Below, in pieces: positions 41,387-55,638 of a DNA stretch of 64,000 nucleotides. The stretch is from Eledone cirrhosa (Eukaryota). The notes beneath the pieces were generated by a model that had not been told where the DNA came from, ran no database searches, and saw nothing but the letters and a program-made list of their open reading frames with translations. Numbering within the stretch: position 1 is the first letter of the stretch; each line of letters opens with the position of its first letter. The position numbers and the translations under genes were made by a program. The stretch lies in the NCBI GenBank assembly GCA_964016885.1, contig OZ024740.1, forward strand, positions 400,582,001-400,646,000, given 5' to 3'.

Positions 41387-41542
41387 TTTCTTTATTAACC
41401 ACAAGGGTTTACATAAAGTGGACATTAAGGAGAGTGCAGGACAATACAGGACGTACAAATGGGCATTTCTGCGTGTAAAAAACGAAAACAGAGGATGTAA
41501 CGAAAAATAACAATGAGAAATTCCCCAATAGGGGGGAGACTT
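41385..41542 (-). mobile_element. Short 3'-UTR remnant related to the Tx1-like family, in (AAT)n
   Basis: Shares the TTTCTTTATTA.CCACA end and the TTCCCCAATAGGGGG(G)AGACT motif with 43046-43182. Confidence 0.6.
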
Positions 41543-43012
41543 AATAATAATAATAATAATAATAATGATAATAATAATAATCTAATATTGAAATGTAAAA
41601 ACGAAACAAATATATAAATATATATATATATATAATACTGATTGAAATTATCATGGGGTTAAAAAAAGAACAAAGAAAGACTTATATGATGAACGATGTG
41701 GTGGGGTAGTAAAGCATGATAAAAAAACACCTTCAGGTAACATAGGAGTTTTTAGATGTTCGAGGCTTACATACTGGGGAAAACATATCAGTTTAGAATT
41801 CTTAAACGATCAACATAGTAATTCTAGGATGTTAATTAACACTTACAAATCCTGAAGGTGGGTATCATATTTGTTTCATTTGTCAGGTAAATGGAGTGGC
41901 ATGGGAGGAACTAAAGGATGAAAGGATGAAAGGATGAAAGGAAGAATTAAAAGCAAACAAAAATATGAACAAAGAAGATCGAGTAAGAAAAAATAAGAAA
42001 GCAAAGAAGCGAGGCAAGAAAAATCTAATAAAATACAAAAGAAAGATAACAAAATAAGGAAAGAAATCGATAAACAAATACAGACATGAGGCAAGGTTAA
42101 AAAAAGAAACAATATATTGAAGCTAGAATGATAGAGAGTCAGACATATATGGCAAAAAAGGAAGAAAGTGACGAAAGAAAGCCAAAAGATAATTACAATA
42201 GTTTTGTTTTTAGAGGTGGTGATGGTGGAGATGTTGGAATAGAATAAATGTATGCTAGAAGGACGATGTGAAGGAAAGAATTATATCGAAAAAGCCAAAA
42301 AGAAGATAAACAGAAATAAGAAATAACATGAAGACAGGAGGTATTTAATAAACAAATAAATAGTAATAAATGAAAGGATAGATACATTAATATACATGCA
42401 AATGGCTGTGAATAAACAAATACGAAACAAATGTTAAGTAAAAAGAACCAAGAAAAAGGTGGAACGAAAGAAGGAAAGTGTGAAAGAAAGAACGCCTCAC
42501 AGTCAGGAATAGAGAATTGAGTAATTATGGAAATATGAAAGGCTATGAATATAAAAAAAAATCTACCATCAAAAATAACAATAGACGAATTACATTTGGG
42601 AGGAGGTGACTATATTTTCGAAGGTAAGTATTAAAAATAAAATTGAAAATGAAGGTTAAAAGAAAAACGAAAACAAAATATAAATTTCTGTCTAAATATC
42701 TCTTAAGACAAACGAAATGTGTGGCGGATAATACACAAGATAAGCTGTCACTTACATCAAGTGTAGATATGAAATTGAAGGGAGAGCAAACTTAGTTCGG
42801 CGAGTTTATACATTGTTTTCTCCGTCTAATCAGTTTGGAGACAGGAGGAATCAGGGAGTACCATGGATTCGAAATATACTTGCATATTGAGTGAGAGAGA
42901 GATAATTAGAGAGAGAGAGAGAGTGGGGAAGATATATAGAGATAGAAATGGAGAATGAGATACACACAGAAAGGGAGGGTAACAGATAGATATCTTTATT
43001 TGCCACATGGGC

Positions 43013-43045
<33 letters not shown>

Positions 43046-44604
43046 TGTTTCTTTATTAGCCACAGGGGCACAAAAAAGGGGACAAATACAAAGGGGGAAG
43101 TTTACATACAATAAAAACGTGTAAAATATTATCACAAATGTAATTTAAAAATTAGTCGATTTTCCCCAATAGGGGGAGACTTTTCATATGGGTAACACAT
43201 ACCCCCGAAAAAAAATATGCAACCCTCATATCCAGGAGAACGAAGAGTTTGTACTCCTTTCCTCACCTCCTCTTTTTCCTCAACCTACAGGCTGATATAG
43301 AGAGAAGGCCCATTCACTCGAGCTATTCTCGCCACTTTCACCCACCTTTTATAAAACTTGCTGGGGTACAGCACCTCTCTCTCCATCCTGATTCTTCTTC
43401 CAAAGTGGTATTTGAAAAAAAGAATCAGTTGTTGGCCGGAGAGAAAGGTGTCTGACCTCAACCCTTTCAACCTTGTCCACCATACAACCTTTTTCGCCAT
43501 AACTATCACACAAAGGAAAACCGCCTCTCCTTCGTTTTTGAAGGAGGGTGGCGGTTTGATCATGACAATGGACTCGGTGGTCAACCGGATTGGTCCCACC
43601 CGCGACAATAGTCGTTCTACATAGCCCCACAGGTCGGTGACGCCAGGGCAATGTATGAATGCGTGCCTGACGGTTTCTTCGTCTCGCACGTACCTCGGAC
43701 AGATCTTTTTTGCAGGGTCCCTGCCCGGGCGCCCATGCCTGTAGAGCTTGTCTCGAACTGGTAGAACTCATCGGTAGCACTGCCAGGCCAGGGACTTTTG
43801 GAAGTTCTCCATCGGTCCCGGGCGGAAGGTCCTACTGAACAGACTGGCCAGTTCGTCTTCCTCTACGCCCAGAGTTTCACTGAACACGTCGTCGCACTTG
43901 CTGCGGATCAACCCTCTATAAAATGACGAAGTTGAGTCTCCACTGATCGTTGGGTCCGCCTGCCAGAGGGCTGTGAGCGCCTGAGCACATTCGATGTGCC
44001 AGTCGCCCATTTTCCTCGGTCTTTGCTTGACCCAGGACTGCAGCTCGGTCAGCGAGACGAGTCGTGGGAAGGCTCGCCTCACGAACGGGGCACACACCGG
44101 TTGTCCGGTGAGGAATAAGTAGAGATGCCGCAGCCTGAGCGCGTGTTTGCGCATCGTCAGCCACGGGACCCCCAGCCCTCCGTCGGAAGGGCGTTGGCAG
44201 CAGATGGATCTTCTCACCATAGGAGCCTGCCTCTTCCAAAGGAATTGGAAGAGCGCGCGCTCCATTTTGGCGAGCGTTTTGGCTGGACAAGGCACGACGG
44301 TCAAGCGGTAGTAGATGGTGGACGCTATAAAAGTGATCGCCACCTCCGCTCGACCTTTCAAGGATAGTTTGCGCTCGGCCCACTTCTGGGTGAGTGCAAA
44401 CATCTTGGCCGACACCACGTTCCAGTTCTTCCCCACCTGGAGCTCCGGACCAAACCAGACCCCGAGCAGCTTTACTGGTCCTTCCGTCCAGCGTCCGACG
44501 ACGCCATTGGAAGGCATCGGTTTGCCTCTCCTCGATACGAGTTGCAAACCAATGGACTTGTCCCGGTTCAGCTTCGCTCCTGTGAAATTTTCCTATTCCT
44601 TGAC
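43046..44604 (-). mobile_element. 5'-truncated Tx1/L1-clade element (ORF2 C-terminus)
   Basis: VKLLGVWFG, LSLKGRAEV, GGLGVP, EETVRHAFIHCP zinc-binding region; AATAAA then (ATCT)n. Confidence 0.88.
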
Positions 44605-44849
44605 AGATAGATAGATAGATTTCTATTTATTTGCCACGAGGGCACAAAAGAAGGGGACAAATACACAGTGGGGGAGTTTACATAAATCGAGTAAAGAAAA
44701 AGGAATAACAATAATAATATAATAATAAAATGTCCTCAAAAGGGAGGGGGCGTGTTGGGGATTGCACATACCCCCGAAAAGTGTGCAACCCTTTTCGCGG
44801 GGGAAGCCCAGAGAGGAGGCGCTCCCCCTTTCCTCTTCACTTCTCCACC

Positions 44850-47800
44850 TACAGAACAATGTAGAGAGAAGGCCCATTTACACGAGCCATTATCGCTTCT
44901 TTCACCCACCTTTCATAAAACTGTCTGGGGCCAAGCACTTCTCTCTCCATCCTGATCCTTTTTCCGAAGTGGTATCGGAAGAAGTAAACCAGGTGTTGGC
45001 CGGAGAGAAAGTCACCCGACCTCAGACCTTTCAGGCGCGTTCACCACACAACCTCTTTCATCATGGCTATTACGCACAGAAAGACCGCCTCTGCTCCATT
45101 TCTGAAGGGAGGAGGCGGCTTGAGTTCACCACAGACTCGGCGGCCAACCGAATCGGCGCCACACGCGACAGCAGTCGTTCGACGTAGCCCCACAGATCGG
45201 TAACGCCCGGGTAGTGTACCAGTGCGTGCGCAACGGTTTCCTCGTCGCGCACGCATCTGGGACAGATCTTTTTCGCGGGATCCCTGCACGGGAACCCGTG
45301 TCTGTAGAGCTTTTCTCGAACGGGCAGAGCCCCCCGGTAGCACTGCCAGGCTAGGGACCTCTGGAAGTTGTCCATGGGTCCCGGGCCTAAAATTCTACCG
45401 AACAGGCTGGCCAGTTCGTCCTCCTCCATGCCTAGCGACTCTCCAAAGGTGTCGTCGCCCCTACTAGCCACCAGCCCTCTATAGAATGTCGAGGTGGATT
45501 CTCCACTGATAGTCGGGTCCGCTTGCCAGAGAGCCGTGAGCGCCTGGGCACACTCGGTGTGCCAGTTGCCCAGTTTTCTCGGTCTTTGCTTCACCCAGGA
45601 TTGCAGCTCGGTGAGCGAAACGAGCTGTGGGAAGGCTCGCCTCACAAACGGGGCCCACACCAGCTGACCGGTGAGGAATACCTGTAGATGCCGTAGCCTC
45701 AATGCGTGCCTACGCATCAACAGCCACGGCATACCCAGCCCTCCTTTCGAAGGGTGCTGGCAGCAGATGGATCTCCTCACCATGGGAGGCCGCTTCTTTC
45801 AGAGGAACTGGAAGAGCATGCGCTCCATGATGGTGAGCGTTTCCTTAGGGCAAGGCACGACGGTCAGCCGGTAGCAGATGACGGACGCTATGTAAGCGTT
45901 CGCCACCTCCGCTCGACCTTTCAGTGATAGTTTGCACTAGGCCCACTTCTGGGTCAGCGCAAACACCCTGCTCGTCACCTCGCCCCAATTCTTCTCCACC
46001 TGGAGGTCCGGTCCGAACCAGACCCCGAGTAGCTTCACCGGGCCCTCCGTCCACCGTCTGACGACACCGTCTAACGGCATCGGTTTGCCCCTCCACGTTC
46101 CGAGTTGCAGACCGACTGACTTGTCCCGGTTCAGCCTAGCCCCCGTCAGCCATTCGTATTCCTCCAGTAGGGTGGCGATCGCCCCGATTTCCGAGGCGTC
46201 CGCCACCATTACTGTTACGTCGTCGGCATAGGCCGAGACCGCTTTGTGCAATCCCGGTTCCAGGGGTATGCCCCGCAGCAGTGGCTCCAACTTCCGCAGC
46301 AGTGGCTCGAGAGCCAATACGTACATAAGGGAGGAGAGGGGGCACCCCTGCCTGATGGACCGGGTTATTTGAAACGGCTCCGAGAGGTAGCCGTTTACTT
46401 TAACCCTAGAGCGGACGTTGCCACTGTGCATGGCAGAAATACAGCCCCTGAAAACGGGTCCGAAGCCCGCCGCCGCTAGCACCGCATCCAGGTAACCATG
46501 GTCGACCCTATCGAATGCCTTAGATTGATCCAAGTTGATCAGGGCCCCACCAAAGCCGAGTTCGTTCCCAACCCTCTCTACGATGTATCGCATGAGGTGG
46601 AGGTTGTCGTGAATGGACCTGGACGGGATAGCGCATGTCTGCGCGTCTCCCACCAAGCCACCCACCACAAGCGCCAACCTATTCGCTAACACCTTGGCCA
46701 AAATCTTTAACTCTGCATTCAGCAGAGTTATGGGCCTAAAGTTACTTAAGTCGTCCCCCTTGCTCTCGTCCTTCCTCACTAGCATGACTACGCCCTTGGT
46801 CACAGAACAGGGAATTCTCACGTTCTGTTGCCAGTTGCAATAGACAGCCTTGATGAGTTCGGAGAAAAAGACCGGCATAGCTAAATAAAGTTCGTATGGT
46901 AGACCATCGAGACCCGGAGATTTGCGTCTGCTGCATTGGCTGAGCGCTTCCCCGATTTCAGTGGCTGTGATTGGCCTTTCGCAGCACTCCGCTTCGCCGC
47001 TCGAAAGACGCGGTAGACTGTCGAGGTATGGACCGAAGTCCGCATCCCCGTCTGGCCCCCCGCCCCCTCCGAACAGTCGAGCAAAGTGCCTTTGAAAGGC
47101 CTCGCACATCCGGTTCAAGGATCACCCGTCCATCCTGGTCTCGCAAAGACCGAATGGTGGATTTAATCCCACTCTTGGCTTCTGTTCAGCGGGCCCAGCT
47201 AACAGCTTTGGTCCCCTCGTTTCCTAAAGCACGTATTTTACTTCGGACAACGCAGCCTTCGTGCTTCGCGTCAAAGAACTGGCTCAACGGCGTTATCGAC
47301 GCTAACACTCTGGCCACGTCTCCACTCTTAATCGCCTCTTCTAGTTTATCTGTCAACTCCCTTTCCCTCCTATTTCTATTCGCCGCTAGTTCCTTACTGT
47401 AACCTATCGAACTTACTCTAATCTCTCTCTTTAGAGATACCCACCACCTGTTGTTGACGATCGCTCCCGTCAACCACATCTTAACTAAGCTACTAATCCG
47501 GTTCCTGTAAGCTTCCTTTGCCGGCAAGGACAAGTTCATCTTCCAGTAACCGGGACTCTGTCTATGCGTTCTATCAAGGTTGACCACGCAGGTCACTAAT
47601 TTGTGATCTGAATAGCCAACCATGAGAAATTCTGGACAACTAAATACGTCCCTATCCTTACTCCTAACCAAAAACCTATCTAGGTACGATCTAGATTGAC
47701 CACTGCGGTTTGCCCAGGTCCAGGTTGGCACAGTTGGAAAATCTAGTCGAAATCTATCGACCAGGTCGAATCGATCGAGTAACCCCTTGAGGCTGCTACA

Positions 47801-48258
47801 CCCCCTCTATCGGGACATACCCCTGCATAGTCCCAACGCGAATCTAGGATTCCATTCCAGTCCCCCACTAAAAGCAGGGAACGCGACGTTCCTAGAAAAG
47901 TCTCCAGACGCTGGAAGAAGTCGGCTCTTTCAGCCCCGAAGGGGGCATAAAGACCGACCAGTCTGAAAGCCCCGACGTCCAGCACCAGTAATCGAACCCC
48001 ACGGTCCGAGTGAACAATCTGTACGTCGAGAGCCAGACGTTTATCCAGCAGTACGGCAACCCCACCCCCGCCCCCGGGTTGACAGAGAGATGCGTGCATC
48101 TCAAAGTCATCGAAGGCGGGAGCCAGCTGTCGCACGCTCCTGATCCGACTCTCGCAAACAACCATCACATCTATACTTCGTGACCTGAGGTCACTTAGAA
48201 GCTTTGCTTGCTTCCAAGCTGAGCCCAGGCCACGCGCATTCAAACAACCAACTCTCAA
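44850..48258 (-). pseudogene. ORF2: APE endonuclease, RT and C-terminal zinc-binding domain, with frameshifts and stops
   Basis: MRVGCLNARGL, LVGDWN, YLDRFL, SDH, YWKMN, KSPGLDGLP, NFRPITLLN, LDQSKAFDRV, IRQGCPLS, YADD, CPRCVRDEETVAH. Confidence 0.92.
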
Positions 48259-48263
48259 TTGAT

Positions 48264-50388
48264 CTATTTTGGTGTTGAAAGTGAAGAAAGAAAAGCACCT
48301 ACCTCTCCGTTTTGTGTAATTTCCATGGGGTCGGGTGAGTTGGGTGGAGAGATGTTTTGTGGTGGTGTGGGAGTATCCGAGTCTGGTGGGGTTGGGGTAT
48401 TTGGAGTTGTGTCAGGGAGAGGGGAGGTTATGGGGAAGTCTTTCAAGAGGACGCGATTTAGCGGTTTTAAACAGGGGAGGCTCACGTCCTGTTTAAATTG
48501 TTCTTTTAAGGAACGATAAAGGTCCAGAGGGACCTTTATCATTTTTAAATGGGTGAAGTTCTCTGTTGAGATAAAGTTTGGCCCTTCGGTCTGCACCAAA
48601 GGGCTATTGTTTATTAATTTAAACAGTTTTTTTTCTTTATTTATATATGTGTATTGTAAAGACTTTTTTTGTGATGCTGTCAATGTTTCGAAGGGGGGAG
48701 GCGCAGATTTATTTTTGTTTGTCGAGGGTGGGGTGTTTTTGATTGGAGTTGGTGTTTGTGTGTGGGTTATTTGTTGTTGTGGTGTACTGGGTGTGTGCTT
48801 TCGTTTTTTTCTTTTAACTTGTCTGAAGGTTTCTCCTCCTTCTTTAGAAGTTGGGGGAAACTCTTCAGCGCTAGGTGGGAGGGACGTGGTGTCTGGTTGT
48901 TTTATTTTTGCGGGAGGGGTAGATTTGTTGCTGTTTTTTTTATTATTTGTTTGGAATGTGTTTTGTGGTGGTGGTGGTGATGTTTGTGTCGTGCTTGTGG
49001 TTGGTGATGGTGGTGGTGATGTTTGTGTTGTGGTTGGTGATGGTGGTGGTGATTTTTGTGTCGTGCTTGTGTTTGGTGCTGGTGGTGGTGATGTTTGTGT
49101 TGTGCTTGTGGTTGGTGGTGTCTGTATTTTGTTTTCTGTGTGTGGTATTAGTGTATTTTTGGAGGTGGGTGGTGTTGGTGTACTGTTTGTGGTGGGTGTG
49201 GGCAATAGTCCTTTTTGGGGGATACGATTCGGGCAGTTAGCCTTAACGTGTCCCCTTTCCGTGCGTGAATAGCATGCTGGTCTTCTCCCCTCTACAATTA
49301 TATATATTGGGGTGAGGTCATCCAGCCAGATGCGATCCGGGATTTGCGCTATTCTTTCGGGCCTCATTTGGACTAGTAGGTCGAGGCCCATTCCCAGGAA
49401 CACATCTCCAGATGCCTTCCCCATTGACATCACTGTGTCCTCGCCCATGTCTATGAAGCCAGCAATAGCCCATCAGAAGTCCATTGTGGGCAGCATTGTC
49501 TGTATTTTGACTCTCTGAGTTCTTCTACCCATGTAGGAGGGATAGAAGCTGTATGTTATTGATGTGAGTGGGCTTATGGAAAGCCTCTGTGCTGTTTCCT
49601 TGTCTTTTGTTAAGACAGAAATGCTGCCATAGAGTCGGTCCTTTCGTATGAAGAGAATATTCTTCATATGGCCTTTTAGGACCAACTCTATCTCCATTTG
49701 GCTGGGCTGTGCTGGCTTTCTTGTGTTGTTTAGCACTGTTCTAAACAGAACAGTGTTTTCTAGTCTCGTTTTCTCGAATTCTGGAGGGGAATTAATGGAA
49801 AACATTCCGTTCTCCCCCAAGACTATGTGCTTTTTTGCTTCTGCCAGTTTCTCTCTGGCGGCAGTTAAGTCTATAGGTGTATATATGATAGATTTTTTTG
49901 TTGTCTGTGCGAAAGTTGTTTTTGTTGTGTTTGTGTTATTTATGTTGGTGTATTCGTTCACATTTTTTTTCTTTGGGGTTAGACTCCATTTTTTCAAAAT
50001 CTTCACTTATATTTTCATTATCCGAGAGACTTGTAGTCACAGCTACTACTTCTCTTTCACCTTTGCTGGTGGGCGTGGCGCCGTGAAAAGTCGAAACGTC
50101 ATCCATTAATTTTGGCAATTTCTCCGAGTTAATTTTTTTCACATTTTTTTCATTAGGGTTAGGTTCCATTTTTTCAATGTTTCTAATAATCATTATTCTT
50201 TCAGTAGGGTGGCTTGTTGCCTCAGCTACCCGCTCTCCTTCAGTTTGTTTAGTGGGCGTGTCATCGTTACCTGTGGTAATGGCTTCCATTACCACTAGCG
50301 TAGAGACAATTGCAAGAGTTTTAGGATGAAAAATTTCACCCCTTTTGGGGTGAAATAAATTAACCCTAATGTCCGAAGACCCAGGCAA
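48264..50388 (-). pseudogene. ORF1 (nucleic-acid binding) in three frameshifted pieces, with degenerate zinc knuckle and Pro/Thr repeats
   Basis: Position upstream of ORF2; VEGRRPACYSRTERGHVKANCP; TTQTSPPP repeats. Confidence 0.75.
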
Positions 50389-51031
50389 GGGGGTTAATTA
50401 ACACAATAACGCAAGAATACAGACAAACACTTACTGTTAACACGTAATATCTCCAATATTCGCGGAGCCGATGTGAATCACGTCTATGCCATCCGGAGAT
50501 AGATAGATAAATTGAGGGAGAGATAGATAGAGAGAGAGAGTGAGAGGGAATGAGAGAGAGAGATAGAGAGAGAGAATGTGTGAGTTAGTGATACAGGAGG
50601 AGAGAGAAAGGGTGAAAGTGGTATAGGAAGAAAAACACAGAAAATTATCGTGTGTGGGGAATCCGAAATCCAGTGGTATTTTTGTCTGATCGTGTTTCGT
50701 AGATTTTCTTGGACAACATCTAAAATAGATACAATATAGAATAGAAAACGTTCTACGTATCTATCAAACTATTTATCTCTCTCAAATTGATAGTGATACT
50801 GTGTCTAGAAATGATTAAAAAACACCATTGTTTCATAAAAATAATATTGTTGTTTGTCTCCTGTTCTACCATGAGAGATCAAGAATATGATCAAAGCTTT
50901 GCAGTCGCCAAAACATCATTTCTTTAATTGCGATATTTTACAATTATGGGATTTTCACTGCGAGGACATTTACTCTGCGAATTAAGAAATGTGTATGAGC
51001 TTCGTGTGTGCGTGCTTATATATATATATAG

Positions 51032-51150
51032 TAATTGTTTCTACTTTTGGCACAAGGCCAGCAATTAACCAGTGTATTACTGGTAGTTTATTTTATCGAC
51101 CCCGTAAGGATGGAAGGCAAAGTTAACCTCGGCGGGATTTGAACTCAGAC
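51032..51150 (-). mobile_element. Partial SINE
   Basis: Same family as 1-361. Confidence 0.8.
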
Positions 51151-51170
51151 CATAAACATATATATATATA

Positions 51171-51355
51171 GTAATAATAATAAATTTGAAGACTAAAATC
51201 TAAAGAGGGCTCAATACGGATAAATATATATCAAATATATATGAACCCTAGAGAAAATATTTATTAAAATAACAGATTAAAGTTTAAGCAAAGAATCGTT
51301 AAGGGTGAAAGCAGCGATTCTTTGCTGAAACTTTAATCTGTTATTTTAATAAATA
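51171..51355. mobile_element. Short fold-back piece of the pseudo-LTR found at 56.1-56.4 kb (another remnant at about 63540-63695)
   Basis: TATTTATTAAAATAACAGATTAAAGTTTAAGCAAAGAATCG and its reverse complement. Confidence 0.7.
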
Positions 51356-51362
51356 TATATAT

Positions 51363-51761
<399 letters not shown>

Positions 51762-52107
51762 CGTTATTTTCTTCACTTACTTTCTCTGATCATAGTGTCT
51801 GACTATATAGGACTTATGTCCAAAGGAACACTTGTTTTATAAACAATTGTTTTATAAAATAATATATATGTATCTTTTTTTAAAACAATATCGGGGAAAA
51901 GTGTTAATATGCTACACATACCTAAGTAGTACCTCTCTGACTACGACACAATTTCAATAAATATCACATTAAAATATTTCTATATTAAAAGAATACCTGT
52001 GTGTATCGCTGACAAATATTTAATGATGTGGGTTTACTAGAAATTGTTATAAAAGAAAACAGCATTCAAAGCATTCTGCGGAGGATGTATTATTAAATAG
52101 GTAGCTA

Positions 52108-52407
52108 GGGCGGTGAATTGGCAGTAACAGTAGAGAGTCGGACACCATGCTTTGCAGCACCAAATTCCGGCCCTTTACCGTCTGAGTTCAAATCCCGCTG
52201 AGGTTAACTTTGCCTTTCATCCTTACGGGATGGATAAAATAAAGCACCAGTAACGTACTGGGGTCAATTTAATCGACTTTCCCCTCCCCAAAAATTAATG
52301 GCCTTGTGACTATGACTTTGCCTTTCATCCTTACGGGGTCGATAAAATAAAGTACCAGTAATGCACTGGATAATTGCTGGCCTTGTGCCTAAAGTAGAAA
52401 CAATTAT
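52108..52407 (+). mobile_element. SINE plus a second partial SINE
   Basis: TGGCAGTAACAG and GAGTTCAAATCC boxes; the central domain occurs twice. Confidence 0.85.
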
Positions 52408-52673
52408 TAGATAGGTAGCTAATGAATAACACGAAGTTTCATTGGCATAGAATCACGGGCATACTCGATGAGAGAAGTCATCGTGAACAACTAATCAAAA
52501 TGCATTCGATCCTATACCACTATGAGTAACGAACGTGTGGCACACACCTACATTCTAAAACACCCTCACACAGCTATACACATAGATATGTACATATGCA
52601 GATATATAGAAAAAGAAACAAAATGGCGAAGACATTACAGTACAATACAATCCAATAGGAGGAAACATAATAG

Positions 52674-52717
52674 TACCACTGATGATGTTGCAGATGTGCA
52701 ACGAAAGAACTTTGGTA
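52674..52717 (+). ncRNA. Type I HHR motif in a diverged copy of the 13.3 kb family
   Basis: TACCA-CTGATGA-T-GTTGCA-GATG-TGCAAC-GAAA-GAAC-TT-TGGTA. Confidence 0.75.
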
Positions 52718-55042
52718 GACTATATATATATATTTATATCTGTATTTTTAACCTTTGGTCAATCAATGATAAACATTAATTGCCAAATAAAGTAACTATG
52801 GAGATATAAACGATACAGAAGCGAAAACCAACCAAACAGAGAGTGTGTTCTGTTGTTATTTCTGGCAATATTATTTCAATAATATGACCCTCCCGAAGTA
52901 TAACAATATATATATATAGGGGTGGATGTGTATGCTTTATGAAAGTGTGTAATAATGGTTTCTTATATAGGCACAAGGCCAGCAATTTTTGTGGGAGAGG
53001 TAAGTCGATTAAATCAACCCCAGTGCGTGACTGGTACTTTAAATGAAAGTGTGTAATAATGAATAAAGACCACAACATTTTTATGAAACAGATAGCAAGT
53101 CAGATGGGATAGGTGTGGGAAAATATCTTCGATTCATTTTTACTATACTCATCTCATTTACTATATTCATATTACGATTACTAACGATCGTTCTGCTATT
53201 TGTTCACGCCTTTTACACTTTAAATTCAAATCTGTCCAACTAGTTTTCATTATTTCAGGTCTCATAATATACACAATACCTATCTATTTCTATTGATTCA
53301 ATCGGTTGGACATTTCTCATACATATTTGTGGCAGTGTGCCAACTTTCGAATATCTTGTATGAAACAATGAATACATTACGGTATAAAACAAAATATGAT
53401 ATGGAACGTGTGTCAAATGTGACAGAAATTTGGCACAATTAAGTGTTATATCGATGGCATTTCTTTACTTCGACACGCAAACATCAACTTTTATCATTGA
53501 ATTTCTTAATTGTTATTTTTCTCGGTTAAGCAAAAACTAATTAGAGCGTTGAATAAAGATATTCCAAACGCAACGATCATGCATTTTGTTTGGGCTGTTA
53601 TCTAGTGTATTTTATAGCGTATTTAGGATCAAAGCGCGAACAACTCGTCGGATTACATTATCCAACGTGACCTTAATTTTTTCAGGGAATTAGAGTTATA
53701 TTTAAGCGAATTTTGGCTTCTACTTCTAACAACTCTAAGACATCGAGTAAATGTGTACAAGATCTTTGGGAGGCTCGTTTCTAGATAATAGGGGTGATAT
53801 GCCTACATAAATGTTTATTGATGTAAAATTGATACGTACACAAATTAAGTTATACGTTTTTAGTCAGACACAACGGATATGGTTGGATTCCTTGATGATG
53901 TAGGGTTAAAGAGGGACATTATGTGATAGTGTTTTCAATAATAGCGTCGTAGTGACAAAAAACAACAACAACAACAAAAATCTAGGGAGTGAATTGTGCA
54001 TGAAGCTATCCAACAGAGAATGATTATTGGTGGTAGACGTAATCCGTTATCCAGTTTACCGCCAAAAGCTGACAGTTGCAGCCTTTGAGGAGTCTATTTT
54101 TCTGCAACGATTCCTATTGTCAAGATAACTTAACAAGCCCACAGGCCCCAGAAAGTATCATTGATCATTTCATTTCTCCTCAGAAACATAGTTTGAATAG
54201 AAAACCGACATCAGTCTAAATAAATCCAGGGAATGAGTTAAATATCACTCGTCTTTCTTATGACGCTAAACTCCGCCAGTTGCAGACATGTTATATCTCT
54301 CCCCACAAAGTTCGATCACCAGCAGCAGAGTTCAAAGAGCAAAAATCAAGTCCAATCCATAAGTTGACATTGTCAAGCTATCGCCTTGGCTGCCAACTCA
54401 TGCCTCCCCCATCTGACAACCCACCCACATCACTCGTATAAATAACATCTGAATACGTTTCATTACATTTAAAGCTGATCACCCCTCAAGCTTTTCCACC
54501 ACATTTTCATTACGTCGATTCAAAAGGATATTATGCTCTAGGTACATTTTAATATCATATGTTACCTACATTTATAACTGCTTATATATTCTAATTCATT
54601 TTCAAGAAATCATTTTATATGATACTTTTATATTAATGCATTTTCAAATAATTTCCAACCATGTGTTATATTTATCATTGCAATAATGTAAACACAAGTG
54701 AACAGAGTAGCCTTTTCTCTTCCTCTTTTCCCACTTGCTCATTTTGGATTCGGACTTTTTCTTTTTGTCGAAGCTGATTTTCTTTTCGTCTGTTCTGCCT
54801 TTGCACTCAATAGTATGAGCAATTTTCTTGCTGTCCAATCTATACAACATAAATATCATTGACACAGATAAATATCATAGACACAGGCTTTTGTAAACAA
54901 ACGGTAACAGAAGATCATGTATAAATATCACACGACAACCTACACCCATGTACTCACAAGTTCATACAAACACACCTATATAGATATATATACATATATA
55001 TGCATATTTATATATCTATATCTATATCTATATATCTATCAA

Positions 55043-55101
<59 letters not shown>

Positions 55102-55114
55102 TATTTTTATCTGA

Positions 55115-55304
55115 AGACATTGTTTTCCAATTCCAACCCGCCCGTACCCCCAATCTATCTTATTTCTCATTCTTTCTTCTGATTAAGGACTAGCGTACGA
55201 ACGTTAAGACCCTCTTCCTGCTATTTCAAGCGTTAACCTAATATATCCCCATATACTGTACCGATTGTGTTGTCATTTCTGTTTACCTTTCACATACATA
55301 CATT

Positions 55305-55375
<71 letters not shown>

Positions 55376-55595
55376 GAGATGTCAACATGAATGGGCCTGT
55401 TATTTTTAACTAAACATATTTTTCCAACTCCACCCCGCCCGTCCCTTCAATCTATCTTATTTCTCATTCTTTCTTTTGATGAAGGACTAGCGTCCGAAAC
55501 GTTAAGACCCTCTTTCTCCTATTTTTCAACGGTTAACCTAATATATTCCTTCCATATCCTGTACCGATTGTGTTGTTATTTCTATTTACCTTTAC
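55115..55595 (+). mobile_element. Two diverged direct copies (~297 apart) of a short element with a minimal HHR (55175-55209 and 55472-55507)
   Basis: TCTT-TTGATGA-A-GGAC-TAGC-GTCC-GAAA-CG-TT-AAGA; the other copy has CTGATTA. Each copy has core mutations but the consensus is CTGATGA. Confidence 0.7.
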
Positions 55596-55602
55596 CCCCC
55601 CC

Positions 55603-55631
<29 letters not shown>

Positions 55632-55638
<7 letters not shown>

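Larger units (their letters stand above)
44621..50496 (-). mobile_element. Apparently full-length Tx1/L1-clade non-LTR retrotransposon with disrupted ORFs, flanked by (AGAT)n
   Basis: ORF1 pieces 50388-48264, ORF2 pieces 48258 to ~44850; AATAAA near 44626; GATA repeats at both junctions. Confidence 0.9.

Noticed and set aside
48553-49272. Gly/Val-rich plus-strand ORF
   Set aside because: Antisense shadow of the Pro/Thr repeats in Tx1 ORF1.
52108-52200. tRNA gene
   Set aside because: A/B boxes belong to a SINE head; no cloverleaf.
54644-54865. Lys-rich 73-aa ORF
   Set aside because: Compositionally biased with no recognisable domain; cannot be called without homology or RNA data.
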